53,844 bases of DNA from Candidatus Omnitrophota bacterium (GTDB taxonomy: Bacteria; Omnitrophota; Gorgyraeia; Zapsychrales; JBDRMG01), in NCBI GenBank assembly GCA_043812495.1, contig JBDRMG010000010.1:1-53844 (forward strand), given 5' to 3'. Below are positions 51,943 to 53,844 of the stretch, piece by piece. Position 1 is the stretch's first letter, and the number at the start of each line of letters is the position of its first letter. The notes beneath the pieces were generated by a model that saw nothing but the letters and a program-made list of their open reading frames with translations, was not told the DNA's origin and did not search any database. Made by a program: the position numbers and the translations under genes.

Positions 51943-52000
51943 CAAACAAAAGACCCCCGCCCGCCATTGATTCAATGGCGGGCGGGGGTCTTTTGTTTGC
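51943..52000. terminator. Bidirectional REP terminator
   Basis: CAAACAAAAGACCCCCGCCCGCCATTGATTCAATGGCGGGCGGGGGTCTTTTGTTTG. Confidence 0.85.
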
Positions 52001-52365
52001 CCGCTTCTCCATCCGCCAATGAGGGGGCTGTCTTATCTTGAGCTGTTTTATGCAAACAAAAAGAGGACCGTCCCTTTTTTTGCCTCGCAGGCAAAAATTT
52101 GACATATTGTTTATATGTGTTAATATAGACAGCAATCATGTTTGATGAGAGATTAAATTTCAGATGTAATCAGATTCTTGTTAAGCAGAAGTCCAGTTTT
52201 ATCCGTTTCTATCGGTTCAAATGTCCTCATTTATCTCAACCTCCACAATTTTCTAACCCATCTTTCTGACGGCATCTGTTTGGCTTCAAGATTGATTTTA
52301 CTTCATACGCGTTGCCTTGTAGTTCATGGTTTCATTTATCTTTAATATTTTCATTGCTCAATATT

Positions 52366-52560
52366 ATGATTACGCTGATTGGAATACTTTTAGGAAGAAT
52401 TATTACTTTACTGGAGAAAAAAGGAAAACCTGTAACCATCCATCAAATATATTCGGCCTTGGGCCGACCTAAGGAGGCCATCTGCATGGCTGTCGGATGG
52501 CTCACCCGGGAGGGGATTCTTACGACCACTTACACGAGGGGCACTACATCGTTTCTTTGA
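52366..52560 (+). CDS. Small winged-helix protein (DUF2582-like)
   Basis: IG...G.I...L and MAVGWLTREG motif. Confidence 0.7.
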   Translation: MITLIGILLGRIITLLEKKGKPVTIHQIYSALGRPKEAICMAVGWLTREGILTTTYTRGTTSFL

Positions 52561-52591
52561 CACCTAAGGAAATTTTGAGAAAGGCAAAAAG

Positions 52592-53716
52592 ATGCAAAAG
52601 ATCTTACTGATGACATTTGAGTATCCTCTGGGGAAGGAGTATTGCGGTGGTGTGGGGCAAATGGTTCAGCTCTCCAGGCAGGCGTTGCTGGACTTGGGCT
52701 ACGAGGTTTATGTGTTGGTTAGCCGTGAATTTCGCAAAAACCATCTCGTAAAAGTCCTCGGGCCGGATGGCATGCTGATGCATTACCCGAGTTTTTTCTT
52801 TTTTGAAAAAAAATTGCCGTTGAAGAAATTTGATTTGATTATTCAGCATTTTGTCAATTGGACGAATGATTTTAAAAGACTGAAAAGTGGCGGGTCCAAA
52901 AGGCCAAAAATCATTTATCACTTTCATAGCATTCTGCGCCGGGAAAAGGATTCGGGATTTCGAACCTTCAATCGCTTTCTTCTCAACCAGGAGAAGATGA
53001 TTCAGCTGGCCGATCATATTATTTGTCCTTCAAGATACGAATACGATAATTTCAACAGGTATTTTCCTTATTTTTCCGATAAGATCACGTTGATCGAAAA
53101 CGTGGTAAACGTTTTTCGACCCCAAAAGAACGCCATAGAAATAATCAAAGCACGCTATAGCATCAAAGCTCACGATATCGTTTCGCTTTATGTCGGCCGC
53201 ATCGAAAGGGCTAAAGGAGCGCATATTCTGATCGAGCATCTGCCTCACGCACTCAAACGACATAAAAATCTTAAAATATTTATGATCGGAAAATCCTTAG
53301 AAAGAGGGATATACAGAAAATTGGCGAACTTGCAGAAAGAATACCCCAAACAGATTTTTTATATCAAATACCTGGAAAAGAATTTGTTATTTCAATATTA
53401 TCATCTGAGCGATATCTACATTAATCCTTCCTTAAGCGAGTCCTTTTCTTTGAGCACCCATGAAGGTGCTTTCTGCAAAAATGCCTTATTGCTGAATCGG
53501 TTGCCTGTTTTTGAGAGATTCAGGAAGGGGGCTTTTTTCTTTTCACCTTGGAATTCAAACGGCGACGGATTCTCGCATCAATTCGAAACCCTAATGAAGA
53601 ATAAGCCGTTGAGGCAGCGTTTGAGCCAAAACGCCTTTAAGGTCGCTCATGCATTTATCCTTAGAAGAGATTTGAAGAAGGATTTTGCCGGTTTTATTAA
53701 AAATATTCAAAAGTAA
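52592..53716 (+). CDS. Glycosyltransferase family 4 protein
   Basis: MTFEYP..GGVG, YVGRIE..KG, PSLSESF. Confidence 0.9.
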   Translation: MQKILLMTFEYPLGKEYCGGVGQMVQLSRQALLDLGYEVYVLVSREFRKNHLVKVLGPDGMLMHYPSFFFFEKKLPLKKFDLIIQHFVNWTNDFKRLKSGGSKRPKIIYHFHSILRREKDSGFRTFNRFLLNQEKMIQLADHIICPSRYEYDNFNRYFPYFSDKITLIENVVNVFRPQKNAIEIIKARYSIKAHDIVSLYVGRIERAKGAHILIEHLPHALKRHKNLKIFMIGKSLERGIYRKLANLQKEYPKQIFYIKYLEKNLLFQYYHLSDIYINPSLSESFSLSTHEGAFCKNALLLNRLPVFERFRKGAFFFSPWNSNGDGFSHQFETLMKNKPLRQRLSQNAFKVAHAFILRRDLKKDFAGFIKNIQK

Positions 53717-53808
53717 AAACAGTTAATAAAAGGAAAGAAAAGACAATTCTTGTGAGCAACTTGTCATAAATGAAGGTGAAATAAGAAAAATAACGTCAAG
53801 AAGAGAGA

Positions 53809-53844
53809 CCCCCCGCCCGCCATTGATTCAATGGCGGGCGGGGG
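53809..53844. repeat. REP hairpin CCGCCCGCCATTGATTCAATGGCGGGCGG (at window edge)
   Basis: Core identical to the copy at 51951. Confidence 0.85.

Overview
A 53.8 kb piece of a diderm bacterial chromosome at roughly 45% GC, almost all on the + strand. Gene content and style suggest PVC superphylum, probably Ca. Omnitrophota (inference). Housekeeping genes include leuS, comEA/comEC, bamD-lptE-holA, rpsT, murJ, uvrC, prfB (programmed +1 frameshift), secA, lnt, hppA, purN, eno-ftsB, and tRNA-Phe/Thr/fMet. There are also a low-GC islet (PD-(D/E)xK-like ORF, DUF3800 gene and an antisense small RNA), a tandem-AAA FtsH-like protease, and a post-tRNA region (DUF1016N-thermonuclease fusion, Fic, DEAD-box helicase, csp, RRM, ydbH/ynbE/ydbL-like genes). 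The strongest signal is non-coding. (1) Thirteen copies, in both orientations, of a modular element: GAAATA-N9-TATTTG dyad, hairpin A, GTYAATTCG, hairpin B, CTCATTRA. The junctions are fixed, the hairpin contents are interchangeable, and the copies sit at gene boundaries, often abutting the RBS. (2) A recurring zig-zag signature (X-hairpin-X'-hairpin-X) whose X is a tRNA terminus or a -35 box. (3) A tRNA-Phe split in its T-loop by a 201-nt palindromic insert that itself carries a complete second tRNA-Phe. (4) The same palindrome families inserted in frame in LeuS and probably in Fic. Together these point to an active nesting-palindrome system whose enzyme is not identifiable in this window. 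All family assignments come from motif reading, not database searches.
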